A DNA stretch of 64,000 nt from Phoronis australis (lineage: Eukaryota; Animalia; Phoronida). Positions 1 to 14,060 of this stretch are shown here, in pieces. The notes under the pieces were generated by a model, which saw nothing but the letters and a program-made list of their open reading frames with translations, searched no databases and was not told the DNA's origin. A program made the position numbers and the translations under genes. Positions within the stretch are counted from its first letter, which is position 1, and every line of letters begins with the position of its first letter. The DNA is taken from assembly GCA_002633005.1 (NCBI GenBank), contig NMRA01000131.1, forward strand, positions 493,824-557,823, given 5' to 3'.

Positions 1-1987
1 CTTCAGTATCTCTTCCGATCGTGACGGATCATAACCGATCGTTGCCTGTTACGCGTTCCACTCGGTCATCAGGCATAGATATTTCTCTGTGAATCATATT
101 CCTCAAGTCCTTGGGAATTATTCATATCTTGCCCAATCGATTATAGGATGTAATAAAAGTTTGCAACAGCGTCTATTATCAACAAGATGGCAGAAACGGG
201 AATTTTGGATAACCTTACCCTCTCCGGATGCAGACAATAATTCCGTAGTTAGTGACACGACTGGTGCGGTGTGGGTTTGCCGCTTTTTCGATCTTGCCTA
301 TAATCTGGGAATCATAACACTCGCCATTCTCTCCTAATCTGCTAACAAAGCGAATCAGTTTCGATATGAGAAGGAAATGTAAGATTTTAAAACGGGAAGC
401 TGCTATCTAAAACTTGTTTTAGGCAATGAACAAGGTTGATATTGTCTTGTAAATTTTCAGTGTATAGTCAGCCACCAGGTGGCGAGACATGCTCGACCTC
501 GAGTCGGCTCACCCATAAAGTGTCAAGGAAGACGGTATTTCGCGAGAGTCCGCTTCAAAAGCAGTTTGGCAAAGAACAGTTTTAAAACTAGATGAAGCTT
601 CCGACTTTAGGTAGAATGTCTAGTGGTGATTGTGACATAAACACATGTTGAGAAAGTTTCACTTAGGTGGATGCAACGAAGATAGTCAAAATAATTCACT
701 ATAAGAAGGTTTCTATACTGGCAAGTGAAACCGAAATCTGATTTTGAAAAGCCATCGTCACCTAAAGGTGTTAGGACAAGTTATGAACAGTTGCAGTTGC
801 ATAACCTATTTTCTCACATGGCCTGGAATGTATTAAGACACGACTGGTTAATAATAAGCATGGTTTGTATGTCATGCTTCTGTTTTTTACATATGCGTAT
901 GCGTATTTACTGAATTTTATTATTGCGTTTGATATGAAAGTACTGTGGGCCGATGGCCTCGAGTATTAATAAACGTATTTAACACCGAGTATGTAACTTT
1001 TTGATATTACATGGGCAAATCACAAAGTAGAAATCCATGCGCTTTACGGTTTATGGTCTTCAAAACACTAATACCTACAACCAAACGCGCGCCAACCAAA
1101 CAATGCTAGAATCCCGTGAAGGTGACAAGGTTATGATCGGCAAATCGGGTGTCGCAACTGTACGTACTCCCAGGACATGCAAACAACTTCTTAAACGGAC
1201 TTATCTTCGGCGGCGAATTCAAACGGAGACTACCCCCAACTCAAGAAACGCAGCGGGACTGTGTGCTGTCTCAAGGTCAATTCGGTGCTCACGCGCGGGG
1301 AACCCCTCACTGTTATTTATAAACATTTGTTAAGTTTTAGTATTACAACTTCAAAGACTATTGATTAGATTCTGACTTGAACATTTGTTACCAAAGCTGA
1401 AAGCAATTTACAATTGTTAGGTCTAAAATAAAAGTACTAATTAAAAGGACTTGAGTTTGCTTTACATTGCGCAAGCGTGTTTTTACAAAAGTTGCGTCAT
1501 ATAGTTAAAAGTTTTAGACACGTCTATTTTTTCGGCAAAAATATAGTTTTTACAGTTCATGTGAGAGAAACAAAATCAAATTTCGTCAAAATTTTTCGGC
1601 AAGCCTCGGGATTTTGACGAAATTTCCAAGAGGATTTGCCCAAGTCATAAACCTGACACAAGTATAGGATTCTCTATATTACAAATCAACATTTTTGCTC
1701 CCATAAATGTTCAGGTTTTCACTTTCTATATATTGAATTTCGTGGTTATTTGCTCTACCTAAAATCAGTTTATCATAGTCGAGTAGGCCAATCACTGCAT
1801 CACAGGAAAACCTCGCGAAAATTTCGGCTTCGTTAGCCCTGGAGTAAGGAAAGCAGAAATGAAGCCTTAATCATGAAAAGAAAGAAGGTTACTTTTAGTA
1901 TTCAATATGACAAGACAATGTCATGCTGTTTATACGAAAATACCCGTATATGGTAACTATATGAGCATAACTCTCAGTAACCAGCTT

Positions 1988-2456
1988 GGCCCGGCAGGGG
2001 TTTAATTTCTGTACTCGAAATCGAACTCGAAATTCAATTGACATTTTTTATTCTAATTTTGTGCGAACTCAAGATATCGTGTATTAGTTTGTGCTTCAGC
2101 ACAATATGATTTATGCGAACTCAAGATATCGTCTATTAGTTTGTGCTTCAGCACAATATCATTTATGCATATGAGCTTCTGGTCCAAGTTAGCATTGATG
2201 TCTCCTAGATTTCAATAAAATCTTTAGATTTCGAGTGAAAATTCGAATTTTCGATAACAGACTCGGACTTTTAGGCTTAATGCTGGGGTCATCAAGTAGG
2301 ATTCGACAATGGCTGTTATTCACGGAAGCCACTATGTCCAGAAGCATAGGATAATAGACGCTTATCTTGATTTCGCACAAAAGTAGAATGGAAAAGGCCA
2401 AACATAATTTCAAGTTCTGTTTCGAGTAAAAAGATTACTGAGACCCCTGCCGGGCC
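1988..2456. mobile_element. MITE-like non-autonomous DNA transposon remnant with ~50-bp imperfect terminal inverted repeats
   Basis: Left end GGCCCGGCAGGGGtttaatttctgTACTCGAAAtcGAACTcGAAATT matches the reverse complement of 2406-2456 (GGCCCGGCAGGGGtctcagtaatcttTTACTCGAAAcaGAACTtGAAATT). Internal 52-bp tandem duplication at ~2062-2168. No clear TSD. Confidence 0.6.
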
Positions 2457-3083
2457 TCAATATCAGTAGCAATGTAGAACACGATAGGATTAGCTTACAA
2501 ATTAATTGTATCTGCAGAGCATCGCTTCGCAGTTTTAAGTTTAATTTGTACGAAAACAAGCTGTTGTTACTCAAATTAGGGGGACTGTATAGCAATTGAA
2601 ATTTCGGTTTATGTTTTTATCCAAGCCGGCACTAACACTGGCCGCGGCAAAGCACAATTCGTTAGCGAAGGTATGCACTAAATCCCCAGCGTTTATTTGT
2701 TCCCGGTGAGCAGCAGGTAGATCAGTTATATGTTCACTGAGTCAGTTGAATGCAGTGGAACAATTTCGGCAAAACGATGACCCACAGAACACCACATCGA
2801 GCCTTGTTTCCCACCCTTTACCTTCATGAGAAAGACCAAATCGCAAACCACACTGCAGAGACCTCTGGCGTTAAACAAATTATATGCGCCCGAAGGAAGG
2901 GTAACATGCCAGACGGCGGACAAAGAAATTGATTTTGCTGTAACCGAACAGCAGTGATAAATGCATTATAATAACACATCGACTTATTATTTTGTAGATA
3001 GCTATATCGTAATTTCTGTGGGAAATTTTTATTCGGATGTAAAACGATCATTTTAAGATTAAATTGGGAAATCTCTTCAGGAC

Positions 3084-3285
3084 CACCATCATCTTCTTCA
3101 TCGTCACCATCCATCATCATTGTCATCATGACCATCAACATCATCTTCTCATCACCATCATCATCACCACCATCACCATCATCATCATCACCATCATCAC
3201 TACCACCATCACCATCACCATCATCACCATCATCACCACACCATCACCATCACCGTTTTCGTCATGGCCATCCCTATCATCATCA
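3084..3285. repeat. (CAT/CAC)n trinucleotide microsatellite
   Basis: Directly visible; explains the His/Ile/Thr/Ser-rich spurious ORFs at 2824-3424. Confidence 0.95.
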
Positions 3286-4335
3286 TGTGTGTACAAGCCT
3301 TAGATCTCCAAACACAAATGCCTTTTCATTGGAAACCGACATACATGTATGTACAGTTAAAAAAGACACAATAGGAAATGTGAAGAAAATAGTGTACAGT
3401 ATTCATACATTACGCATTCATTGATGAACTGATATATTAGACTCCATTATATCATCGTGACCGCGACCATTATCACCACCAACGCCATCGTTACATCCAC
3501 GTCTACCTCCACCGGAACCAACATGACTGCTTGCTATCAATGCATCAGGAATATATAATGTATTTAACATCACAACTCTACTCCCTTGCTCATTGCTGAC
3601 ATATTGTATAATATCACAACATTTTATAGTGTATCTAATATCAAATTAATATGTTGAAACACTGCATTCACATTTTCATATATTACGACAGTCTTGACAC
3701 GTTCGACCAGGTGTCGGAATCTAACGACAGTTGATTGATTGTGGAGTACCCAAGACTGTGTCTAAATACAGACTGGTTGTCGGCCAACGACGAACGACAT
3801 TGCATCTTCTCAATCTTATATAAGTAAGGGTTGAACATATCTAATCTCTGGTCGAAGAGTTTGGATGGAACATAAGCGCAAAGGCAGGGCCTTCTCTAAA
3901 CCATTCTGTTTATAATTGTTGGAGAACGTTGTTCATAGGATGTCGCTAAAGATTGCTGAATTATCCTTGACAGAAATGTTGCCATAGACACGCCATCACC
4001 TATTCCCCAAAACAGTTTAAAAGTTACGTTGGACTAGACTGTTCACCTCAAAGAGGTAGTTCCGATTATATGAACCAGTTGTGGATTGGTTTATTCATGA
4101 CCAATCCTCACTAAGACTACGTCGTGTGACAACCAATAAACCTTAAAATTTTGGGATCTCAGTAGCCAATCTACCAAAAGTTGTGAAAATGTAAATTTCG
4201 TGGCACAATCACAAGTATTTGTGTTGGCTTTTAATTATGATTACATCACGCGGAAACATGACATAATTTACGAATTATGAAACCGATTCCAAACAGTTCC
4301 GCCGTTGTTAGAGGGACATCCGGCCATGGAACTAT

Positions 4336-4760
4336 TACAGGGTGTACCAAAAACTTGCTACCCAATCTGATTGTACACTACTTTATTTCTTAACACGTTC
4401 AAATTTTCAACAATTTGAAACAGAAAGAAAAGGTTTTTGTTTAACACTGATAATTTCCTGTTTTGTCTCCATTTCTGATAACATTTTCACCGACCTCGTC
4501 CTTGAATCACAATTGTATCGTTGGCCATTCGTGTTTTACGGGCGGCACTTTTCAGCCAGTGGTTGGAAAGTGCCGCCCGTAAAACATGTTCGCAAAATAC
4601 TGGCGTAAAGAAACTTTTCAAGTCCATATTTAACGAGTGTGAATTAAAAGCGTACACCAGGAGCCTGAAATACGACCGTAAATTACTAGATAAGCGTGAA
4701 TTATCAGCGTAATTCACGAGCGTACATCGACGAGCGTTATGGTTATGTAGAGCCCTGGAA
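4336..4760. mobile_element. Probable DNA-transposon/MITE fragments (Tc1/mariner-type end plus internal palindromes)
   Basis: TA-CAGGGTGTACCAAAA at 4336 resembles Tc1/mariner termini. Near-perfect 27-bp-arm palindrome at 4532-4586 and a second hairpin near 4695-4718. Partner terminus not found. Confidence 0.4.
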
Positions 4761-7700
4761 AAATGATGAAATTTGGCTACCTGTTGTGGAACAACTATTA
4801 TTTCAGAAATGGCTCATTGGATTCACTGATATGGAACTTTCAGATACTATGCTTTGTGCACTGTTCTTCAAAATTTTGTTAGGAATTGATATTAAAATGA
4901 TCCTGGGTTTCGCATGAGAGGCGGGATTTGGTCATCTTATTGATGTTGTTTGGCTACGAACGTAGCTTTCTTTTTGCTAGATTTCATTAAAGGCATGGTC
5001 ATAAATACCCAAATGGTTGTAGTTTAGTATACCATCAAAATTTAATTTTTACTGCGTTTCTTCTTTTAGACATTATATCCTTCCACTAAGTTAGTATTTT
5101 GAAGTTTTGTACATATTTGGCTGAATGTGCAAACTTGTCGATAAGGTCTTGCGTAATCTTGACGCTCACAATATTTAGGCTACTCGTTTTACCTCATCGT
5201 TTTACCAGCGTGATATCCGAGCGCAATTTGGAGGCGTAATGTTACTGGCGTACAACTTTTTCAAAGCTCAAATGACTTGCAACCTAATCTCTCATTATAC
5301 ATAACGATTACTCTCGTAAAACACGGGTGTGAAAAGTGTATTTACGCCCGTAATTTGCGAGCGTAATTTACGTGCGACAGTTGCCCTCCATCAACCAACG
5401 ATAAAGTTCCTACGCGTATACAGAATTTTGTAATAACACCGTAACACATATCCTGTGGAATCCCTCAGGTTTCTCGACAGAGTCTCTATTGTTTGCGGAT
5501 TGACAGAGCGCCAAAGGATAAAATAGTAAGCAGGGGCTACACCAGGAGGTGAATTGTGCTTCTGACAGTTGATAGCCAGAGAAATGTTGTTGTTGGATGC
5601 AACCCAGTGTTTATACAATCGAGCAATGTTAAGTTGCACCATTCCGTTGATAAATTACAGTAGTCATGTCTACCCTCACTTTCTCCTCATAGTGTGGCTT
5701 ATCGTCATTAAACAAGACAGTGTTAATGTAGGTGACCTTCGCGTTGCACTGACAATCCAATACCTGTACACTCCCCTGCTGAATAATTTCCTTTGAGGTT
5801 GTCTAAAAGAGAATGATCTACAGAAACAACCCGCAAACAATAGGAGATCTGAAGGTAAACACTTGTAGGAAAATCTGAAAAATTCTCCCGGATATGTGTG
5901 ACCGCGTTACCACAGATTTCATTGTTTGAGTAATAATTGTGACTCGAAGAAGAGAAGCGCAAACAGAATACGTCATTGATTATTTTAGTGCTAGGAATAG
6001 TGACAAAAAGTGTGAATATCAAGATGAAACAAAAATACTTAATTTTGTGACATATTTTGAAGAGAAAATTAAAAGTATATAAACACAAAACATTTTGATA
6101 CCAGCTGTATTTCGACAAATGGTCAAGGTATGCGTTCCACTACCCATGAACTTCGCCAAAAAGCCAAAAAGCAGGATTACGCAACACCTCGCAAAATCTG
6201 GCAGGTGAAAGGTATAGGCGACTATGCTAGAGACATTAATAGCGCAACCTAGTGAAGTGGCGGCCGAAGTGATTTATCGGTGTATTTGAAATGTTGAATT
6301 ATGTTTCCGTTCCATGAGCGAAGATATCTGGCTGCACGTCCAAAGCTAATGTTTTGTGGACTGATTTGTGTTTGGTTGGGCAATATGTTTTGCATTCGTT
6401 GTTCTTGTAGGAGAAGAATGACAGGTCACTCAATATTCCCCAATGTTCACGACAAGAAACCTGATTTTTCATATTTCTATATAAATTCTAAAATGTTTCG
6501 AGGCATTTGTATTTCATCTAACTTCGAATTAGGAATTATTATGTCTCTGACATATTTTCATCATTCAATGGTCGACTGACCACTACATTTTTGTAAATGC
6601 GAGGTCACGTGATTTGCATCTTAATTAATTGACCTTGAATAAAATTTTGTGAGACTATAGATACAGATTAAAATAACGTTATAAACCCTCAAACATACCG
6701 GGGTGTACGCATATTTTTTTCTCATTGTCGAATTTTTATATTAACAAGAATAGGATGAAACGTGGAAAATATCATGACGCGTTTTCACCTTTTTATTGAC
6801 TGTGAAACGTTAACAAAACGATTACTAAAATACTAGTCACAAAACTTACCTGTGTTTCTTGTAATACTCCAACAAAGTTTGTAGTTTAGGAATAGTTTAC
6901 GTTTGTTCCAATTATGTATTAGTACTGTCAGGCAAACCACCATGTAAATGTACAGCCCGGTAAGAACAGGGATAAACTGTTACAGCAACATCGCAGACCA
7001 GATTAATAATATCCCTCAGAGTACAGCACAAGACTAGTACACGAACATACAGTAAAGTGTCGGGTCAACTAATATTATTTTTAGTCAGCAAGGGGAAGGG
7101 TTTTTACCTTGCTTTGACCTTGTCTAGGGAAATTTCTCCAAGCATATTCCACGATGCGGGGTTTCAGTTTGAAGAAGGTTTAGAAGTAAGATGAGGTTAG
7201 TTTGAAGCCGTGCGCACGAGTTACAAACAGAGAGTTTGAAGACAGAGTTGAGACTGCCGACAGGTTTAGGGTTACGGTTAGCACAACCAATTTAATTTCA
7301 CTCAAAACTGATCGAATGTCAAAAGAAACGTTGCTTGAGTTCACCTGGTGTATGCAAACGCTGGGTCGACTGCACGAAAACAGGTTGCATAATTAGAACA
7401 GTGTAACATGTCAGTGAACTTCAAAGAATAAAAGGCTTTTCGTCTTTTGTTTGTTTTTTTATGTAAAAATAAGCGTTCTAATTAAATGTGATAAAAGAAC
7501 GGACCGCACACATTTCATAACTTGTTTGAAAGTGAATTTTCACTGCGGGTAACTTGATTTATTCCAGTCTGAAATTTGCTATCGGGTTTGATCTAATAAG
7601 CGTGCGTGGATCTTTAGATGTTTGTGTGTTTGTATTTTTGTCCACTTTTTGTGCTTTTCTTTTGAATAGTTGTTGTAGTGTCGTAGAAAGCGGGGGTAGA

Positions 7701-9129
7701 GCGAACGACACGTGGTCCCAATAATTTTCAGGGGCCAAATTTTAATGACGACATCGGCGTCTTAGACGAGAGTACTAGAGAAGCACCCAGATTGAGGCAA
7801 AATGAGCACAGAAAAATATAGCGAAACTGGCATACCAGAAGAGAGATGGACTGAGATTAACGTTTTAACTGGGAAATAGACATAATTGGAATCACTTTCT
7901 AATGAACAACCAAAATTGTAAGACTGTTTTGATTCGCTGAGTGGTTGCAAAAATGATTGGTTGGTTGATTGATTGGTCGTTGTTTGGTTGATTATATCCG
8001 GTTATACACTCATATAAATAAATCGCGGTAAAGATGAAACATGATAACAACTAAATAAGACAGAAATGGTAAGACATAAAAAAGTAAGTTGCGTGCTACC
8101 ACGACAGCACTAGAAAGTGAGACACTTATTTCCGTGCTGATCCCTTACAAATAAGATACAGAGTGAAAAGGTTCGAAGGTGGACAAAAGTATACAAAGCA
8201 CTGATATTAAAATGAAAATGTGCCCTGACATAAACAGAAAGATTGAACAGAATCGAAAATTTAGCAAACTTTAGTACTTTTTCAGTTGCACAAAGACAGA
8301 ATACCCGAAGATGTTACTATGTCCAAGATGTCGACATCTTCATTCTAAGAGTTATGCGAATGTTTTTGAAGATCGTTAATTGGAAAGTATTGTTTATGAA
8401 TAAGTTGATTCTTGCCATGCAGGCGACAATGTCGTGAATTTCTATGTCCTCACAGTATTGACAATCGTAAACAAAAATCTTCGATTTTTAAAGATTATTT
8501 CACAAGCGTAGCCGACTTTCAATAAAATGCACCAGACTTCACAATAACATGCATAAACTCTGATAGGGAGGGCCCTAAACACCTCGTGAAATACTCCTTC
8601 TCACCTGCTCCTGTGTTTGTTATGTATCTGGTTGTGCACCTGTCTTCTGAACTCAGCTATAACCGGCAAAAAAGATAAAAAGCGCGTTGTATGTGCCGCT
8701 AGTTTTTATATTAGGTTACTTTGTTTGCGACGACTATTTAGTTTTTATATCCTAGGACGGTTCGTTTGTTTGTGACTAACTTGTTTGTATATCTACATAG
8801 TTGGACAGCAATTCTAATTCGAATATGATTCTTCGTAAGAAATTGGAGTTCCAGTGAATTTTGATTCGGGGTGAAATTTTAAAAAAATGTTGATCGCTCG
8901 ACTTCGGGAGATATGGGTGGCAAATGATTTGCCATCCCCATCTCCCGCGGTTACTCGATTATACATCGACGGGAGTGCAGCTGGTAAACAAGGATATGCG
9001 TCCATTTAGAGATTGGAGCCCAAAAAGAGACTAATCTGTAGGAAATCTTCCGTGAAAAAAGAGATCATTTCGTAGAGTTCTGTTCCAGAAATATCATCGT
9101 TTGAGTTTTGTAAAGCTAATCCTTTCGTT

Positions 9130-10260
9130 GGGATTAGGTAGCTGAATTTTTAAACTTGAAAAAGTACAAAAGCCGAGGCTATGTTCTCAAAAATGCGTGC
9201 ATCCTTGGCAACTTTTCAAGATATGGATAGTATCAGGAAGAGATAGTATCAAAGAAATCTTCTGTAGATTTGTGCAGTTGGAGAAAAGAATATTTTTTAT
9301 GGTTTCAAACTCCCAAAGTTAATCCTTTGGGAGGGAATTAAATCGGAAAAGCAACCTTTCGTAAGGAAACTGGATGTGAAAAAGTCGCTTTTCCGTGCAG
9401 CACGTCTCGTATACCTCTTCTCTGGGAGGAACATTCCAGATGCGCCTATGGTGAACGCAGACGGGGTGAGAAATTGGCGACGATAGCGGAAGAGTTTCAC
9501 AAAGGCATACTATATATTAATGAAAATATTTTAAGTTACAGATTATCAGAGATGTTTTAGGTACCAAAATTACCTCTATGGAGTACAATAATCTTGTTTC
9601 AGTAGTTGTTAAGTGTCAGTGGTATTGTAAAAGTTGTAAACGTTGATGCTTATTGTTCTGTGATGCTAACTTTTTTAATGAAATTGAGAAGTGGTGGGAG
9701 GGGTGTCGACATATCTGGGCCCAACTTAATTACTGTTTTGAAGTTTCAAAGGCGGAGTCAAAATGGTCCAAAGAACTGAACGTAAATATAGATACTTGTG
9801 GTGATATTTACTACGCCTTATACAACACAACAAGAGACACTAGACTTATGTGGTTCCAGTTTAAGCTGTTAAATAGAATTCTAGCTACGAATTCCTTTTT
9901 AAAAGTAATTCCAAGTTACAAATGACGATTCTTGCTTGTTTTGTGGACAGTCTACAGAAACTTTGAAGCACTTATTTTGGGACTGTGAAACAGTGGACTT
10001 TTAGACAAAGGCAAATAATGAATTTTTAAACAAAGTAAATCCTTCGACACACTCTCCTACAACGCTATTATCATAGGGTTTTGTGACAAAAAAAAACTTT
10101 TAAGAACATTGTACTATTGAGTAAACAGTTCATTATTGTCAGAAGTTTGCTTCGAGAAGACTGCTTATGAGCGCCTTTGTCAAGTCCACCGAACAATAAT
10201 ATTTAAGTGAAAATATAGTGTAAAAATATTTAAAAAATAAAAAGCGTAATGGGAGAACAA
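9130..10260 (+). mobile_element. Decayed L1/Tx1-clade LINE, 3' part of ORF2 (zf-RVT/CCHC region)
   Basis: ORF 9653-9925 reads KWSKELNV...IYYALYNTTRDTRLMWFQFKLLNRILATNSFL. After a frameshift it continues DDSCLFCGQSTETLKHLFWDC (Cx2C...H...C), typical of L1/Tx1 ORF2 C-termini. Upstream part is interrupted by stops and frameshifts, so the left boundary is approximate. Confidence 0.85.
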
Positions 10261-11298
10261 TAAAACAGATGGTGATGCACTGTTCAAGTGTGAGGGTTCT
10301 CGTGAAGTTGAAAATAAGCATACATAGGGTGGATCAACAATTATATAACAATACACACGCGTGGAATAACCCAAGAAGCTTTTCAAGCATACTGTGGTAC
10401 AACTTACTCAGTTTTCTGTCAAAAACGCTCGAGTTAGATAACTAACCTTTTTAAAATGGTTTGGGATCTTAGATTTCTTTCTCAGTTTAGAAATCTATTG
10501 CTTCAGACCAAGTTCAATAAATTTCAGGTCACGGCGTGAACGTTTCAGCTCTAAGATCGAAAGTTTGGATTACTGACTGACACGCTGGGTGAGTTGCAAT
10601 CAATTTCACTTGTGACTAAGGCGGCAAGAATGCAATAATGTCGTTTTGGTGGTATTGGTTGTAAATGAACTGACAGGAGAACAAAAGATAACAAACAATT
10701 ACTTTTAATCTTCAGCAGAGTTTTCTTGGCCTTAAGGTTGACAACGAAGAAGGATCAAGCAAATATCGTCCAATAAATTATCAGACACAAATAATATCCA
10801 AACCATTTGAATCTCTAATGCCACAGAATCCCAAAGGGAATGATTGGTCAGTAAAGTAGATTTGAAACGTAAATAGGCGCGTAGATTTAATTCCAGGTAT
10901 CCATACACTTCAAATATAGGTGCATGAGCCTGGATATACCCATATGTGTTAATTATTTCGCATATCACTGCCAAAAAAATGGTCAGGGTCCTCAGAAGGT
11001 GAACGGTTCGGCTCAGCAGATAAACAGATGCCCGCTAGGTGGAGACATGTTACTTACTCTTCAGCATATGAAAACCATTTATGCGAAACAATAATGGAGT
11101 CTTCATGTTCCATAAACAAAGAAGTTGTGGAAAACTCTTCAAGTTCTGAAATCGAAAAGGTAGTTGCCATCTGTTTTGCGTTGATATGGAATAATTACAG
11201 TACGCCACGCATTTTATTTGTCTAAGTTCCTCAGATTTACTGTACTTTCATTGGAATCTGACGCGTAGGTTTCTCTTCCGGCATCTGCCATTCACCGA

Positions 11299-13349
11299 CA
11301 CTAGACTAGCGAGGACAGCATTCTTCAGCGAATCGCTTCGCGTATCTGTCACCGTGTTAAATTCGCTCACTACAATCGGCAAAAAATAACTCAAAAATGT
11401 AATAAATGTGAATAAAAATTATTGCAAACTATGAAAGAATATATTGTTTTACTTATCTGATAATCTTTTTTTGTCGCAAAATTCGTTTAATAATACTTTG
11501 CACGAGTTTTCTGCAGGGACGTGACCGATTTTTCAGACCAAAATGGATGCCGGTAAAAATGAGTGCTATTTGGTTTTCAACCCAGGAGAAGACTAAACTC
11601 GCGAATTTTTACGTGAAACTTCGTGAAAGAACAAAAGGGAGTCTTGCGAACACGATTATGTAAGTAGTTTTCACTTTCCTGCACTTAAAAGTTGAAAAAG
11701 TCGCCTGTTCCCGCGACCTTCAACTTCGAGCTGAATTTATTGGTATATAGAATAATTTGCGAATGTAATGAACTGTATTCCGCCCTAAAGGGTTCATTAG
11801 TGAACTATTTCAAACACTTGTTCTAAACGAACATTTCGTCAATTTCTGACAATCGGGCGAATTTCTGACTCACTTCGTAGTTCCGGGTACTGCCGCTAGG
11901 GGTGGTCCTGTGAATCGCGTTGAATGTTTGGTTTTTTTACTGAAGCACTTCAACTTTTGCTGATGAAAACTCAATGTAAAAGAGAACTAAACAGTCATTT
12001 CTCGTAGTGAGAACAATGATTCTTATATTTAAGTTTTTTTTTTACTATTTTGCTTCACATTTTTGTTGGTCAAGCCACTGATAGACTTGGGTTGGCTTGC
12101 TGCCAGAGAGGTCCACACCCATCTTGCCTTGTTGGTCTTGACATTTTATTCAGAATATGTCAAGATAGAAAATGAAAATGTTTTAATTTTAGATTAAACA
12201 AATATTACAAATGTACAGTTCTACTGCAGTCCTGTGTTTCCAAGACTTTTTGGTCCACTACTTTGAAACATACATGCTTTCGATAAACTTTTTTTCTGAC
12301 CACGGGCCAGTATATATAGTTTTTAACGGAACAATTGAGGTTTGCCTAGACTGTTCATAAATCTCACCCTGATCTTTATCCTCCAGGTAAGCTTTGTTGG
12401 AATTTNNNNNNNNNNNNNNNNNNNNNNNNNNNNNNNNNNNNNNNNNNNNNNNNNNNNNNNNNNNNNNNNNNNNNNNNNNNNNNNNNNNNNNNNNNNNNNN
12501 NNTGCCTTGAGAACTTTATTTATCTGTCCATCATAAATTCTTTTTTGTGTTCATATCACTTGAGACAATTTTAGGATTATGAATATTCCAGTTGTTGGTT
12601 TTATAGCATGAACATTCCTGGATGGCTCATGACAGGGTCTTCATTTTATTACATTGTTGTGGAAAGTTTATGTAAAAGTTTTATTTATTATATGTCTTTC
12701 AGAAGCTTGTATTAAAATGTTCTATATATCATACTTGTCATCAATACATTTTTGAAATGATGTTTGTTTATCTTTGATTTTTACTTAATGTAATTGAGTG
12801 ACAAAGTTAAGCCGGTTGCAAACAGCATGATTGTTAAAAACAATATCACAAATAATATTAATAATTTGCTCAACCAATTATCAAGTTTCAACTTTCCTGA
12901 TGAAAAATCTTTAAAATGATACCTTATTTGTTTTTTTTTCCTGGAGTAATTGTTATTTTATGAAAATTCGAAATCGCAAAATTGTACGTAGTGACTTCTC
13001 TTTGTCGGCTGTGTTGACTTTAAGGTCAATATCTTCGCACAGGAACGTCTAATCGAAATGTTTTTTTTTGGCAAATTATTCATCATAAAAAGTTCTTTAA
13101 AATGATGTATTACATGTCTATTTACGTTTCTTAGTTTTGAAATAATAATATTTTGAACTCGCAGATTCGATTTGACAGAATTTTTACAAAAAATTTTGAC
13201 ACGAAAATGACATTTTCTCCGGAACCATAAGTCCAATTTAAAAAATTTTACTATCGTTATTTTAGTCTCGAAAAGAGCTTTCTAATGATGTATGTTACAT
13301 GCACATTTTCTGAAATTTTTGAAAAATGCTGTTCTCCCTAACTAGACTG
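11299..13349. mobile_element. Putative non-autonomous TIR transposon (CACTA/EnSpm-like start) spanning the assembly gap
   Basis: Left end CACTAGAC-TAGCGAGGACAGCATTCTTCA. Reverse complement of 13320-13340 is TAGGGAGAACAGCATTTTTCA (18/21 identical). Right half has repeated AAATGATGT/AAATGATAC subterminal motifs. No clean TSD. Confidence 0.45.
12406..12502. other. Assembly gap (N run)
   Basis: Run of N bases. Confidence 1.
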
Positions 13350-13799
13350 ACTAGAGTCTAGATTCACTGATCAGTCAATAAATCACTCACGAGGGTTCAG
13401 ATGTCGCCGCGACTTGGTGTTGCACCTCACCATTGATACTATGAAAAAAGGATTAGTAAATGTACATAATTCTCATCTTGTTGTTGTAAAGGCGGCCTGT
13501 GCCTGTGGTAATCATTGCTGTGCATCAAACTTCGAAGTGACTGTGGTGTAGATGGTAAATGTGCCAGTTCCAGATTACTACTAGTGCCGCTAGTAATGAG
13601 CGATTACTGTGTCTCACCTTTCTCTATAAGTATAGTAACAATGCTTTCTAGGCAAATTCTATACTTTCCTCGTGACGTTATTTATGCAACAGTGTTGCAC
13701 AAATCCCCTGAACTCGATTCTCTTGAGTAGTGACGTCAAATTTGAAGGTAAGAGAATGCACGCCATGTACATGTCCAAGCTGCTGACGGAAACGGTGTT

Positions 13800-14060
13800 T
13801 GTATGGATGACAATTATCCGTCTAGACCACGCGTTCTCTGAGTAATTTAAAGCGCGTGATCATATGGATGAAAATTGTCTGCCCAACCATAAGCGTTCTG
13901 TGACTCGAGCAATATCAGGTGGGGTCAGTACGGATGAAAATCAACAGCCCCGACCATCCTCTCTAAGTCATTTAAAGCACCTGGTCGTAGGGAGAAAAAT
14001 AATCCACCTGGACCATGCGTTCTCTAAGTCATTTAAAGGCCTAATATGGTGCCAAAATGA
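13800..14060. repeat. Degenerate ~60-bp minisatellite (4-5 units) upstream of PHF10, with a further copy at ~14310-14390
   Basis: Recurring GGATGAAAAT...ACCAT..GCGTTCTCT.AGT.ATTTAAAG units; ATAAGCGTTCTGTGACTC occurs at ~13889 and ~14349. Confidence 0.65.

Noticed and set aside
1037-1333. 98-aa ORF and other 60-130-aa ORFs in 1-14000
   Set aside because: No recognisable domains or splice-consistent partners; expected by chance or from TE remnants.
2824-3424. His/Ile/Thr/Ser/Met-rich ORFs
   Set aside because: Translations of the (CAT/CAC)n microsatellite.
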